DNA of 64,000 nt from an uncultured Clostridia bacterium (GTDB lineage Bacteria; Bacillota; Clostridia; Oscillospirales; Oscillospiraceae). A model generated the notes under the pieces. It had not been told where the DNA came from. It made no database searches and worked only from the letters and a program-made list of their open reading frames with translations. The stretch lies in assembly GCA_945963595.1 (NCBI GenBank), contig CAMFMO010000004.1, positions 7,131 to 71,130 on the forward strand. The letters are read 5' to 3'. The position numbers and the translations under genes are program-made. The number at the start of each line of letters is the position of its first letter. Within the stretch, counting starts at the first letter, position 1. Positions 46,786 through 56,534 of this stretch are shown here, piece after piece.

Positions 46786-47523
46786 ATGGGAGAGCTCTAT
46801 GCCATTGTCTCCGGCAAGGGCGGCACGGGCAAAACCTCCGTCTGCGCCGGGCTTGCCGCCGCTCTGGCCGAAAAGGGCCGGAAGGTGCTGTGCATCGACT
46901 GCGATGTAGGGCTGCGGAATCTGGATATCTCTCTGGGCATGTCCGACTGCGCTTCCCTTTCCTTCCTGGATGTGTGCCAGGGCAGCTATGCGCTCTCAGA
47001 TGCCTGCCGTCACCCCAAATATGACGGTCTTTTCTTTCTGACGGCCCCTATGAACACCCCTGTGGAGAAAATTGACCCGGAGTCCTTCGGGAGGATGCTT
47101 CTGGAGGCCCGGCAGCAGTTTGAGTTTGTGTTCCTGGATGCGCCTGCAGGGGTTGACGCCGGGTTCCGGCTCACCAGCGGGTGGGTTGACCGGTTCTTGC
47201 TGGTCACGGGCTCCGGCCCTGCCGCCGTAAGGGATGCCGCCCGGGTCAGCGACCTGCTGGAGCTGGAGGGAAAGAAAAACGTCCGCCTCGTTGTCAACCG
47301 TGTGGACGAGGAGATGCTCTCCACCGTCCGGCTGACCATTGACGATATTATGGACACCACCGGGACCCCTCTGGCAGGGGTTGTCCCGGAAGACCCCAAT
47401 ATCACCCTTGCCGCTGCCTTCGGGGTTCCGGTGCTGGCCTATGCCAGGCGCTGCCCCGCCGCCCGGGCCTTCCGGCGCATTGCAGACCGGCTGGAGGGAA
47501 TCACCGCCCCCATAAAACTATGA
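46786..47523 (+). CDS. minD: Septum site-determining ATPase MinD
   Basis: SGKGGTGKT deviant Walker A, DCDVGLRNLD, DAPAG, AVRDAARV, LVVNRV. Confidence 0.85.
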   Translation: MGELYAIVSGKGGTGKTSVCAGLAAALAEKGRKVLCIDCDVGLRNLDISLGMSDCASLSFLDVCQGSYALSDACRHPKYDGLFFLTAPMNTPVEKIDPESFGRMLLEARQQFEFVFLDAPAGVDAGFRLTSGWVDRFLLVTGSGPAAVRDAARVSDLLELEGKKNVRLVVNRVDEEMLSTVRLTIDDIMDTTGTPLAGVVPEDPNITLAAAFGVPVLAYARRCPAARAFRRIADRLEGITAPIKL

Positions 47524-47545
47524 CAAAAGATAAGGAGTGACCTGT

Positions 47546-47959
47546 ATGAATATTGCATTTCTGGCCCATGACAAAAAGAAGGAACTGATGGTTCAGTTCT
47601 GCACGGCCTACAAGAGCGTCCTTCAGAAGCACAGCCTCTACGCCACCGCCACCACCGGGCGGCTGATTGCGGACAATACAGGTCTGCCCATCACCCTGCT
47701 GCTGTCCCACAAGCAGGGTGGCCACCAGCAGATCAATGCCCGCATCGCCTACAACGAGATCGACCTGGTGCTGCTCTTTACCGACCCCAACACCACCGAC
47801 CCCTGGGACGACGCCCAGATGATCGAGACCATCCGCCACTGCGATAAGCAGAATGTACCTATTGCCACCAACCTGGCCTCCGCCGAGATGTTCATCCTGG
47901 GCCTGCAGCGGGGCGACCTGGACTGGCGCGAAATGGTCCACAGCAAAACCAAATTCTGA
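47546..47959 (+). CDS. mgsA: Methylglyoxal synthase homologue with atypical active-site residues
   Basis: MNIAFLAHDKKK, ATATTG and PIATNLASAE are MGS-fold motifs, but GGHQQ and DPWDD replace GGDQQ and PHE/PHD. Confidence 0.8.
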   Translation: MNIAFLAHDKKKELMVQFCTAYKSVLQKHSLYATATTGRLIADNTGLPITLLLSHKQGGHQQINARIAYNEIDLVLLFTDPNTTDPWDDAQMIETIRHCDKQNVPIATNLASAEMFILGLQRGDLDWREMVHSKTKF

Positions 47960-47974
47960 GGAGACATTTACTTT

Positions 47975-49327
47975 ATGGATATCATCAAGCCCCGCACCCT
48001 TTCCGGCTTCATGGAGCTGCTGCCGGATAAGCAGATCAAGCTGGAGAAAATGATGGAAATTCTCCGCAAGACCTACGCCTCCTACGGCTTTGCCCCCCTG
48101 GACACCCCCGCCATTGAGGATGCCCAGATCCTTTTGGCCAAGGGCGGCGGCGAAACCGAGAAGCAGATCTACCGCTTCACCAAGGGCGACAGCGATCTGG
48201 CCCTGCGGTTCGATCTGACTGTGCCTCTGGCCAAATACGTTGCCCTGCACTACAATGAACTGGCCTTTCCCTTCCGCCGCTTCCAGATCAGCAAGGTCTA
48301 CCGGGGTGAGCGGGCCCAGAGAGGCCGCTTCCGGGAATTCTACCAGGCGGATATCGACATCATCGGCGACGGAAAGCTGGATATTCTCAATGAGGCGGAA
48401 ATCCCCGCCATTATCTACAAGGTCTTCCGGGGCTTCGGCCTGACCCGATTCCAGATTCGGGTCAACAACCGGAAAATCCTCACCGGCTTCTATGATATGC
48501 TGGGTCTGGCCGAGAAGAGCGGCGACATCATGCGCACCGTGGACAAGCTGGACAAGATCGGCCCCGACAAGGTCAAAGTCATCCTCCTGGAGGACTGCGG
48601 TCTGGAAGAAGCCCAGGCGGACGACATTCTGCGCTTCATCGCCATTCGCGGCACCAACGCCCAGGTCATTGCCGCTCTGGAGGGCTATACCGGTAAGAGC
48701 GAGATTTTCGACACCGGCCTTGCGGAACTGAAGGCCGTCACCGCCAACCTCTCCGCTTTCGGCGTTCCCGAGGAGAATTTCGCCGTGGACCTGACCATTG
48801 CCCGCGGTCTGGACTACTACACCGGCACCGGCTACGAGCCGGCATTGCTAGACCACCCGGAGATTGGCTCCGTCTGCTCCGGCGGCCGGTATGACAATCT
48901 GGCGGGCTACTACATCGACAAGCCCCTGCCCGGCGTGGGCATTTCCATCGGTCTGACCCGGCTTTTCTATGTGCTGGACGAGCAGGGTCTGCTGAATCCC
49001 GCCCTGCCCAGCGCCCCGGCGGATGCCCTGGTGCTGCCCATGACCGCCGACATGGCCCCGGCCATTGCCCTGGCCGAAACCCTGCGCTCCGCCGGATTGC
49101 GGGTGCAGCTGTATGGCGAGCAGAAGAAATTCAAGCAGAAAATGGCCTACGCCAACAAGCTGGGGGTCCCCTATGCCGTTCTTCTTGGAGAGGACGAGAT
49201 TGAAAAAGGCCTGTGCTCCGTGAAGAATATGCAAAGCGGCGAGCAGCTGCTCCTCTCCCCCGAGGATGCCGTCAAGCTCATCCAAACCGCCGTCACCGCC
49301 CGGTGTCCTGTGATCCTGGAAAAATAA
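47975..49327 (+). CDS. hisS: Histidine--tRNA ligase
   Basis: LRFDLTVP, YRGERAQRGRFREFYQADID, RGLDYYTG, GGRYDNL, GISIGLTR. Confidence 0.96.
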   Translation: MDIIKPRTLSGFMELLPDKQIKLEKMMEILRKTYASYGFAPLDTPAIEDAQILLAKGGGETEKQIYRFTKGDSDLALRFDLTVPLAKYVALHYNELAFPFRRFQISKVYRGERAQRGRFREFYQADIDIIGDGKLDILNEAEIPAIIYKVFRGFGLTRFQIRVNNRKILTGFYDMLGLAEKSGDIMRTVDKLDKIGPDKVKVILLEDCGLEEAQADDILRFIAIRGTNAQVIAALEGYTGKSEIFDTGLAELKAVTANLSAFGVPEENFAVDLTIARGLDYYTGTGYEPALLDHPEIGSVCSGGRYDNLAGYYIDKPLPGVGISIGLTRLFYVLDEQGLLNPALPSAPADALVLPMTADMAPAIALAETLRSAGLRVQLYGEQKKFKQKMAYANKLGVPYAVLLGEDEIEKGLCSVKNMQSGEQLLLSPEDAVKLIQTAVTARCPVILEK

Positions 49328-49333
49328 GGGCCT

Positions 49334-49371
49334 GAAAAGCACCTGCTCATTGGATCGGGCAGGTGCTTTTC
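49334..49371 (+). terminator. Terminator after hisS
   Basis: GAAAAGCACCTGC / GCAGGTGCTTTTC. Confidence 0.7.
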
Positions 49372-49489
49372 TATTGCAAAGGCCATGGGGCACAATAGGA
49401 ACCGGGGGAAATATTTTCCTATTTTTGCTGCTGGTGCAACGTTTTGTTCCCCTGTACCCTTGTATAATGAGCCAATAGAGGTGTATGCT

Positions 49490-49777
49490 ATGAAAGAACA
49501 GTCCGGAAGAATCCTCCATTTTGCGGGGGAAAACCGGCCCGTGGCCGGGTGCACCGTTTCCGAGCAGATCTGCCATGAAAACGGCACCGGACTTTCCGAG
49601 CACGCCGCCCCCGGCGAGGCTCTGGTTTTCGCCCTGGACGGTGAAGACATCATCGGCTACGAGGGCAAGCAGTACACCCTCCACGCAGGCGCGACCTTCA
49701 AATTCGACAAGTTTGGGAAGCACTCCGCAACCGCCGAGAAGCCCTTCAAAATGGTGCTTCTGCTGGTGCTGGGATAA
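49490..49777 (+). CDS. Short cupin protein, probably an internally deleted bicupin
   Basis: MKEQSG...PVAGCTVS joined directly to GTGLSEHAAPGEALVFALDGE...FKMVLLL. Confidence 0.6.
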   Translation: MKEQSGRILHFAGENRPVAGCTVSEQICHENGTGLSEHAAPGEALVFALDGEDIIGYEGKQYTLHAGATFKFDKFGKHSATAEKPFKMVLLLVLG

Positions 49778-49819
49778 TTTTTGCTAGCCTAACAAAGGCA
49801 GGGACCGGGATGGCCCCTG

Positions 49820-49910
49820 CCTTTCAAATTTCTCACGCAGCCTTTCAATTTTCTCACGCAGTCTGCAGTGCGCTTGACGTTTTTTACGTCGCATGCTACA
49901 ATTTAGGGGA
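49820..49910 (+). promoter_or_regulatory. Promoter of the ABC exporter with a tandem 21-bp repeat upstream
   Basis: CCTTTCAAATTTCTCACGCAG / CCTTTCAATTTTCTCACGCAG (49820-49861), followed by TTGACG and TG-n-TACAAT. Confidence 0.6.
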
Positions 49911-49977
49911 AATCTGTCATCAAGAGAAGATGCGCCCACGGTTGGTCTTGTGAGCGCAGCCCCGGAAAGGAAACGCT

Positions 49978-51765
49978 ATGAAACTCACTCTTCGCTACAT
50001 GAAGACCTATGCAAGGTCCATTGCCTGTGTCATTGCCATGAAGCTGGTATCCACTATCTGCGAGCTGCTGCTGCCCTATATTCTGGAGCACCTGATCGAC
50101 GAAATCGTGCCCCGGCAGGCCATGGGGCAGATTTTTCTCTGGGGCGCGCTGATGGTTCTGTGCGCCCTGGCCGCCTTCCGGATTAACGTCTATGCCAATG
50201 CCAAGGCCATCGACAACTCCCACAACGTTGCCTATGATATGCGGAAGGACCTTTTCGAGAAGACCATGAACCTCAGCGGCAGCCAATTTGACGCCTTCGG
50301 CCTGCCCAGCCTCACCAGCCGCATGACCAGCGACAGCTACAATGTGCAGAATTTCTCCCGGGCCATGCAAACCATGTTTGTTCGGGCACCCATCACATTG
50401 ATCGGCGGCATTCTCGTAACGGTGCTCATGGACTGGCAGCTGAGCCTAATTCTCGTATGCATGGTTCCCTTGCTGATTGCCGTGATTATCAGCATCTCCA
50501 AAAAGGGAATTCCCATGTATCAGAAGGTCCAGAGCTCTCTGGACCGGGTGGTGCGGATTATGCGGGAGAACATCACCGGCATTCGGGTGGTGAAAGCCCT
50601 TTCCAAAACGGAATATGAGAAGAATCGTTTCCATGAAGCCAACGCCGCCATGGCGGACAACGACATTCATGTGGGCACCTTCATGGCCCTGCCGGGACCC
50701 ATCATGCAGTTGAGCCTGAACTGCGGTCTGGTGGCCGTAATCTGGCTGGGTGCCGTGCGGGTCAACAGCGGTGTGATGCAGCCCGGCGTGATTTTGGCCT
50801 TTTTGACCTATTTCAATATGATTCTGCAAAGCGTCATGGCAGTGAACCGGATGTTCATCATGATCAGCAAGGCCTCTGCCTCCGGTGACCGGATTGACCG
50901 CATCCTGCAAACCCAGGAGAGCCTGCCGGTGCTGCCTCAGAGCGAGCAGCCCCAGGCAGACTGCCGCATTCGCTTCGACCATGTGAACTTCACCTATCGA
51001 ACCGCCCCACTGGCCACAGAGGATGGCGGGACCCCCCAGCAGACCGACCGGCAGCGCCGGGAGCAGGAGCAGTGCCTGTATGACATCAGTTTCTCCCTGA
51101 AGCCCGGGGAAAGCCTTGGTATCATCGGCCCCACGGGCTGCGGCAAAACCACCATCATCAACCTGCTTATGCGCTTCTACGACCCGGACAGCGGCAGTAT
51201 CCTGGTAGACGGCCGGGATGTGCGCACCTACGACAAGGACGCGCTCCACCGGAAATTCGGTGTGGTATTCCAGAACGACCTGGTATTCAACGAGTCCCTG
51301 CGGGACAATATCAACTTCGGCCGGGGCCTTGGCGAGGCCGCCCTGCACAGCGCCGCCCGGGATGCCCAGGCCTGGGAATTCATTGACGGACTGCCCGACG
51401 GTCTGGACCACATGGCGGACATCAAGGGCGCCAACCTCTCCGGCGGCCAGCGGCAGCGGGTGCTCATCGGCCGGGCTCTGGCGGGGAATGCGGAGATTCT
51501 GGTGCTGGACGACGCTTCCAGCGCCCTGGACTACAAAACCGACGCCCGGCTGCGCAAGGCCCTGCAGGAGCACCACAGCGGCTCCACACTGATTCTGATT
51601 GCCCAGCGGGTCAGCTCCATCCGGAATTTGGACCACATTCTGGTCATGGACAACGGCCATGCCATTGGCTACGGCACCCATGAGGAGCTGCTGGAGCACT
51701 GCGCGGCCTATCGGGACATCTGTCAAGCCCAGATGGGCGATATTTCCGAAAAGGAGGGAGCCTGA
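49978..51765 (+). CDS. Heterodimeric ABC exporter subunit (degenerate-site half)
   Basis: TMD plus [30 protein letters not shown] (degenerate Walker B and H-loop). Confidence 0.93.
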   Translation: MKLTLRYMKTYARSIACVIAMKLVSTICELLLPYILEHLIDEIVPRQAMGQIFLWGALMVLCALAAFRINVYANAKAIDNSHNVAYDMRKDLFEKTMNLSGSQFDAFGLPSLTSRMTSDSYNVQNFSRAMQTMFVRAPITLIGGILVTVLMDWQLSLILVCMVPLLIAVIISISKKGIPMYQKVQSSLDRVVRIMRENITGIRVVKALSKTEYEKNRFHEANAAMADNDIHVGTFMALPGPIMQLSLNCGLVAVIWLGAVRVNSGVMQPGVILAFLTYFNMILQSVMAVNRMFIMISKASASGDRIDRILQTQESLPVLPQSEQPQADCRIRFDHVNFTYRTAPLATEDGGTPQQTDRQRREQEQCLYDISFSLKPGESLGIIGPTGCGKTTIINLLMRFYDPDSGSILVDGRDVRTYDKDALHRKFGVVFQNDLVFNESLRDNINFGRGLGEAALHSAARDAQAWEFIDGLPDGLDHMADIKGANLSGGQRQRVLIGRALAGNAEILVLDDASSALDYKTDARLRKALQEHHSGSTLILIAQRVSSIRNLDHILVMDNGHAIGYGTHEELLEHCAAYRDICQAQMGDISEKEGA

Positions 51766-53543
51766 TGCCGGGACCTGGAGACCGGGGCGGGAAAAAAGAA
51801 AAGCCCCAAAATGCCAAAGGCGCCCTGCGCCGCCTGCTGCAATATATTCTGCCCTTCCGCTGGCAAATGCTTCTGTTCTGCCTGTGCGCGCTGCTGAGCA
51901 ACCTGGGAAGCCTTCTGGGCCCCAAGCTGGCAGGCCATGCCATCAACGCCGCAGCCGCCGGATCTGGCCAGGTGGATTTTCCTCTTGTTCTACACTATGC
52001 CCTTCAAATGCTGCTGGTATACGTGTTCAGCGTTTTGCTGTCCTTCATAGTGAACATCGGCATGGTGCGCCTGAGCCGCCGGGTGGCCGAAAAGATGCGG
52101 GGAGACGTTTTCGACAAGCTCATGCGCCTGCCCGTCAGCTACTTTGACCGGCACCAGACCGGCGACATCATCAGCCGGGTCAGCTACGACATCGATGTGA
52201 TTTCCACCAGCCTGGGCACGGACATTGTGCAGATTATGACCAGCATCGTCACGGTTGTGGGGTCGTTTCTCATGATGTGCAGCATCAGCCTGCCCCTGGT
52301 CAGCTGTATGCTCATCACCATTCCCCTCTCCCTGTTCTATACCCGCCGCATGGCGAAGAAGACCCGGCCCCTCTATTCCAAGCGCAGCGCCGCCTATGGC
52401 AAGATGAACGGATTTGTAGAGGAGAAGTTCTCCGGGCAGAAGACCATTCTGGCCTATGCCTATGAAGGGGGCGTGGCCGGGGAATTCGACGAAATCAACC
52501 ATCAGGCGGCAGAGGCCTACTATGAGGCCGACAAGCTGGGCTCTCAGATGGGCCCCAGCGTCAACTTCATCAACAACTTCGGCCTAGCCCTGATCGGCCT
52601 GGTGGGAGCCCTGCTGTATGCCGGGGGACGGGTAAGCCTGGGCAATATTTCCAGCTTTGTGCTCTACTCTCGGAAGTTCTCCGGCCCCATCAACGAGATT
52701 GCCAACATCGCCAATGAAATTCTCTCCGCCCTGTCCGCTTCGGAGCGGGTGTTTGCCCTGCTGGACGCCCAGGAGGAACTGCCGGATGCGAAGAACGCCC
52801 AGGTGCTGACCCAGGTGCAGGGCCATGTGGAGATGCGAGACGTATCCTTCGGCTATGTGCCGGGGACCATTGTCCTGAAGGACCTGAACCTGAAGGCAGC
52901 ACCGGGGCAGACCATTGCCATCGTGGGGGCCACCGGCGCGGGCAAGACCACCATCATCAACCTGCTCATGCGGTTCTACGATGTAAACGGCGGCAGCATC
53001 TATGTGGACAGCCATGAAATCCGGACTTTGACCCGGGACAGCCTGCGCCGCAGCTACGCCATGGTCTTGCAGGACACCTGGGTATTCCGGGGCACCATCT
53101 ATGAAAACATCGCCTACGGCAAGGAGGGGGCCACCCGGGAGGAGGTGGAGGCCGCCGCCAAGGCCGCCCACATTCATAACTACATCATGCGCCTGCCCCA
53201 GGGCTACGACACGGTAATCTCCGAGGACGGCGGCAACATCTCCAAGGGCCAGAAGCAGCTGCTGACCATCGCCCGGGCCATGCTGTACAGCACCAGTATG
53301 CTGATTCTGGACGAGGCCACCAGCAATGTGGACACCAACACCGAGCGCCAGGTGCAAACGGCCATGCGCAGCCTGATGCAGGGCCGCACCAGCTTCGTCA
53401 TCGCCCACCGGCTCTCCACCATCCAGAATGCAGACAATATCCTGGTGCTGGACCACGGCAACGTGGTAGAACAGGGTACCCACAGCCAGCTCATGGCGCA
53501 AAAGGGCGTGTACTACAAGCTCTACGCCAGCCAGTTTGAGTAA
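51765..53543 (+). CDS. Heterodimeric ABC exporter subunit (consensus half)
   Basis: GATGAGKTT, ISKGQKQLL, ILDEATSNVD, IAHRLSTI. Confidence 0.93.
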   Translation: MPGPGDRGGKKEKPQNAKGALRRLLQYILPFRWQMLLFCLCALLSNLGSLLGPKLAGHAINAAAAGSGQVDFPLVLHYALQMLLVYVFSVLLSFIVNIGMVRLSRRVAEKMRGDVFDKLMRLPVSYFDRHQTGDIISRVSYDIDVISTSLGTDIVQIMTSIVTVVGSFLMMCSISLPLVSCMLITIPLSLFYTRRMAKKTRPLYSKRSAAYGKMNGFVEEKFSGQKTILAYAYEGGVAGEFDEINHQAAEAYYEADKLGSQMGPSVNFINNFGLALIGLVGALLYAGGRVSLGNISSFVLYSRKFSGPINEIANIANEILSALSASERVFALLDAQEELPDAKNAQVLTQVQGHVEMRDVSFGYVPGTIVLKDLNLKAAPGQTIAIVGATGAGKTTIINLLMRFYDVNGGSIYVDSHEIRTLTRDSLRRSYAMVLQDTWVFRGTIYENIAYGKEGATREEVEAAAKAAHIHNYIMRLPQGYDTVISEDGGNISKGQKQLLTIARAMLYSTSMLILDEATSNVDTNTERQVQTAMRSLMQGRTSFVIAHRLSTIQNADNILVLDHGNVVEQGTHSQLMAQKGVYYKLYASQFE

Positions 53544-53603
53544 CGGGAGCAAGCGAATAGGCTGCAAAAACTGGGGCTGTTAGAAAAGTCTCATACTAAC
53601 ACA

Positions 53604-53636
53604 GTGGCCAGTGCTCCCAGCACTGGCCACAAAAAG
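53604..53636. terminator. Hairpin between the convergent ABC and AraC genes
   Basis: GTGGCCAGTGCT-CCC-AGCACTGGCCAC-AAAAA. Confidence 0.65.
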
Positions 53637-53752
53637 TATTAAGAAACGGCTGCAGCCATAATAATACTCCCCATAGTGTAGTCTCGAATTTTTGTTTTTT
53701 CGAGTGTCTACTCTATGGGGAGCATATCAAAGGGAGATCTTTTTTTGCGCTT

Positions 53753-54901
53753 TTATCTTACAGACCGGGCGTATTCCGTAGGGGTGATGCCGAACTTCTC
53801 CTTGAACTGGCGGGAGAAGTGGTGCACCGTGGAGTATTGCAGCGCGGCGGCGATTTCCGTGAAATTCAGGTTGTTCTCCCGAATCATCTGCTTGCTCTCC
53901 TGAAGCTTGATGCGGCGGATGTATTCACCGGGGGAGATTTGCAGATTCTTCTGGAACAGCACCGTCAGATAGCTGGGGCTCACATCCATCTGCTGGGCGA
54001 TGAGCCGCACAGACAGCTTCTCCCGGATATGGGTGGAGATATACTGCTGGGCATGACGGATGATTTCGTTCTCACTGTGGACGGTATTGGTGCCCTGGAG
54101 CTTCACGCCGCTGGGGGCCTGGACCTCCCGCAGCAGCACCAGCAGCAGCATGGTCAGCTGGGCCATAAGCATATCCGTGGAATAGGGGTCCACCCGCTCC
54201 TGGGTACGCAGCATCTGCTGCAAAAGATTCACCGCCTCCTGGGGCACGGCAAGCTTCCGGCCATAGAGGCTGGACAGATCCCCGCCCTCCAAATCGAAGG
54301 AGATGGTCACAAACCGGGGGGCCACGCCGATGTCGGCGTACTGCATATGCCACTGGTCCGGGGCATAGATCATGGCATCCCCCTGGTGCAGCAGCCAGTC
54401 CTGGCCGTCTGCCACGGAGTGCAGACTGCCCTGGTCCACATAGGTGAATTCCGGCATGGGATGGGATTCCCCGGAGAACAGAAAGCCCTGCTCCTTCTCC
54501 TGATAGAAAAAGGTATAGATTCCCGCCACACGCAGCTGGCTGTCAATGCGCATACTGTGCACCACATCCGTGCCCACCTTCTCCGGCTGGACCTCCGTGG
54601 AGAGCATGACGGTAGCCTCGGTTTTATAGACATTCAGAGAGAAGAGAAGCCCCTCCCGCAAAGAAACGGACTTGTCCAGGTAATAATGCTGATAGTCTTG
54701 ACCATCCTTGCTGACAGACAGGACGCACATATTGCCGGAACAGCTCAAAAGCGTATCGGCCCGTGTCCGGAAGACGGCGGCCTCCGGCTGGGGAAGCTTG
54801 ATTTGAACGGCATTCCTGGGCGTGGTCTGATTGACCTGTGCTCGCTCTGGAAAGACCGTGCCAAACCCCTGAAAATTCACCTGATTCAAGTTCTGAATCA
54901 C
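53753..54901 (-). CDS. AraC family regulator with two N-terminal cupin-like domains
   Basis: GTG start at 54901 after AAAGGAG; GESHPMPEFTYVDQG cupin; YLTVLFQKNLQISPGEY and FTEIAAALQYSTVHHFSRQFK HTHs. Confidence 0.88.
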   Translation of the reverse strand: MIQNLNQVNFQGFGTVFPERAQVNQTTPRNAVQIKLPQPEAAVFRTRADTLLSCSGNMCVLSVSKDGQDYQHYYLDKSVSLREGLLFSLNVYKTEATVMLSTEVQPEKVGTDVVHSMRIDSQLRVAGIYTFFYQEKEQGFLFSGESHPMPEFTYVDQGSLHSVADGQDWLLHQGDAMIYAPDQWHMQYADIGVAPRFVTISFDLEGGDLSSLYGRKLAVPQEAVNLLQQMLRTQERVDPYSTDMLMAQLTMLLLVLLREVQAPSGVKLQGTNTVHSENEIIRHAQQYISTHIREKLSVRLIAQQMDVSPSYLTVLFQKNLQISPGEYIRRIKLQESKQMIRENNLNFTEIAAALQYSTVHHFSRQFKEKFGITPTEYARSVR

Positions 54902-55119
54902 AGCGCTTATGCTCCTTTCGTGTATACCATAACGCTGGGCAGGAAAACAGCTCTGCAGAGAACATCCCGACAAAACAGATGTGCTTTTGTACCAACGTCA
55001 GCGAGAATATTATACAAGATAGAATTGAAAATGGCAAATGATTATTCGCCAAATTTTACACCGTCTTTTCGTAAAAAATGTCCATGCCAAATTTTCAGCA
55101 TGGACATTGTCTATTCTGC

Positions 55120-55758
55120 TCAATCCTCCTCCGGCTGGGCAGGCGTGATGGCAGCGCCGTATTTTGCAAAGACTGGCTCTGCAAACACGGACCACAGCAG
55201 CATCAGGCAGGCCGGGGCGGCGAAGACCCAGATGGGATAGTTCCAGGTGAAAACCGCCAGGGCCACCGTGCAGGCGGCCATTCCCAGAGATCGGAAAAAA
55301 TGGGCGATGACAAAGCGCACCGCCGTGCCCGTCAGAGCGGCAAAGGAAAAGGTGAAGCGGGAAATAATGGCGGCGCTCCAGCAGGCGGCGCTGATGGGCA
55401 GAAGCATTCCCACGAGATAAATGCCCGCATAGAGGCTAAAGATGCTATCCTGCCGGGCCATGGTCAGCAGCACAGCCAGCAGATAGCCGAAAAAGCCCAG
55501 CACCGCGCCCCAGAGCAGGGTGGAGAGGATGCCGCTTTTCCACTCCGCCCGGAAGGTCCTGAAAAAGCGCTTGTAAGGCCCGTCCTCCCGATAGCGAATG
55601 CCATGGACCACGGCGTCATACAGCGCCGCCGTAGCCGGGAACAGGGTGACCACCGGCAGGCAGCACAGCAGCCAGCACAGTGCCAAGCCAACCACATCCG
55701 TAATGGTATTCAGAATGGTCCAGACCAGGCCATAGGGCCGAAAAATAGAGCGAAACAT
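55120..55758 (-). CDS. YesL/DUF624 family membrane protein
   Basis: Start MFRSIF at 55758, overlapping the dapF stop; LCWLLCCLPVVTLFPATAALY...FFRTFRAEWK pattern. Confidence 0.8.
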   Translation of the reverse strand: MFRSIFRPYGLVWTILNTITDVVGLALCWLLCCLPVVTLFPATAALYDAVVHGIRYREDGPYKRFFRTFRAEWKSGILSTLLWGAVLGFFGYLLAVLLTMARQDSIFSLYAGIYLVGMLLPISAACWSAAIISRFTFSFAALTGTAVRFVIAHFFRSLGMAACTVALAVFTWNYPIWVFAAPACLMLLWSVFAEPVFAKYGAAITPAQPEED

Positions 55759-56534
55759 CAGCTTTCCCGGACCTCCGTGATCTCCGTGGGGCCTTCCAGC
55801 AGCAGCGCGGTCACATGTTCCCCGCCCTCCACCGTCACGCGAAGCGTGCCGCCGGGGACCTGGGCGGTAAGCTTGTTTTCGGGAAGCAGGCCCATTTTCC
55901 ACAGGACGCAGGCGGTGGAGCCGCAGCCCGTGCCGCAGGCCAGGGTGAAGTCCTCCACCCCCCGCTCGAAGGTGAGCACCTGGGCCTCTCCGGGACCGGT
56001 CAAGCGGCAATAGTTCACATTGGCCCCCTTGGGGAAGGCCGGGTCAAAGCGCAGAGCCCGCATCTGCTCCCGCAGAGCATCCTTTTGGTCGAAAAGATCC
56101 GCCCCCTCCCACAGCCGGACAGCGTGGGGCACACCGGGAGCCCCCAGCTCCACATAGGCAATGTCTCCCTTGCGATGCAGGTCCAGAACAGACGGCAGGT
56201 TCAGGGCCACCCGGTATTGGTTCTCATCCACCCGCCAGCCCTTGACCAGGCCCGCAGTGGCTTCAAAGACCATCGCGTCTCCGGCAATGCCCTGATCGTG
56301 GGCAAACCGGCAGATGCACCGGGCGCCGTTGCCGCACATCTCCCCCAGGGAGCCATCGGCATTGTAGAAGATCATTTTGAAATCAGCCTTGTCCGAATTG
56401 CCCAGGGCAATCAGTCCATCCGCATGGCACCGGGCGCACAGCTCCCTGGCAAGGGCCGGAAAATCCAGGCTCTCCCCCCGGGCATCCAGGACCACGAAGC
56501 TGTTGCCGGCTCCGTTCATGCAGAAATAGGTCAT
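55758..56534 (-). CDS. dapF: Diaminopimelate epimerase
   Basis: MNGAGNSF, NADGS.GEMCGNGARC, GVPHAV, GANVN, TFERGVEDFTLACGTG. Confidence 0.95.
   Translation of the reverse strand: MTYFCMNGAGNSFVVLDARGESLDFPALARELCARCHADGLIALGNSDKADFKMIFYNADGSLGEMCGNGARCICRFAHDQGIAGDAMVFEATAGLVKGWRVDENQYRVALNLPSVLDLHRKGDIAYVELGAPGVPHAVRLWEGADLFDQKDALREQMRALRFDPAFPKGANVNYCRLTGPGEAQVLTFERGVEDFTLACGTGCGSTACVLWKMGLLPENKLTAQVPGGTLRVTVEGGEHVTALLLEGPTEITEVRES

Noticed and set aside
48820-48860. HisRS segment YTGTGYEPALLDHP differs from the usual YTGTVYET-type sequence
   Set aside because: The frame and all core motifs are intact; a few substitutions or base-call errors cannot be told apart without reads.
53604-53630. 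GGCCAGTG shared between this hairpin and the tRNA-Tyr cassette core
   Set aside because: Only an 8-bp match; the hairpin has a different loop and is explained as a terminator between convergent genes.
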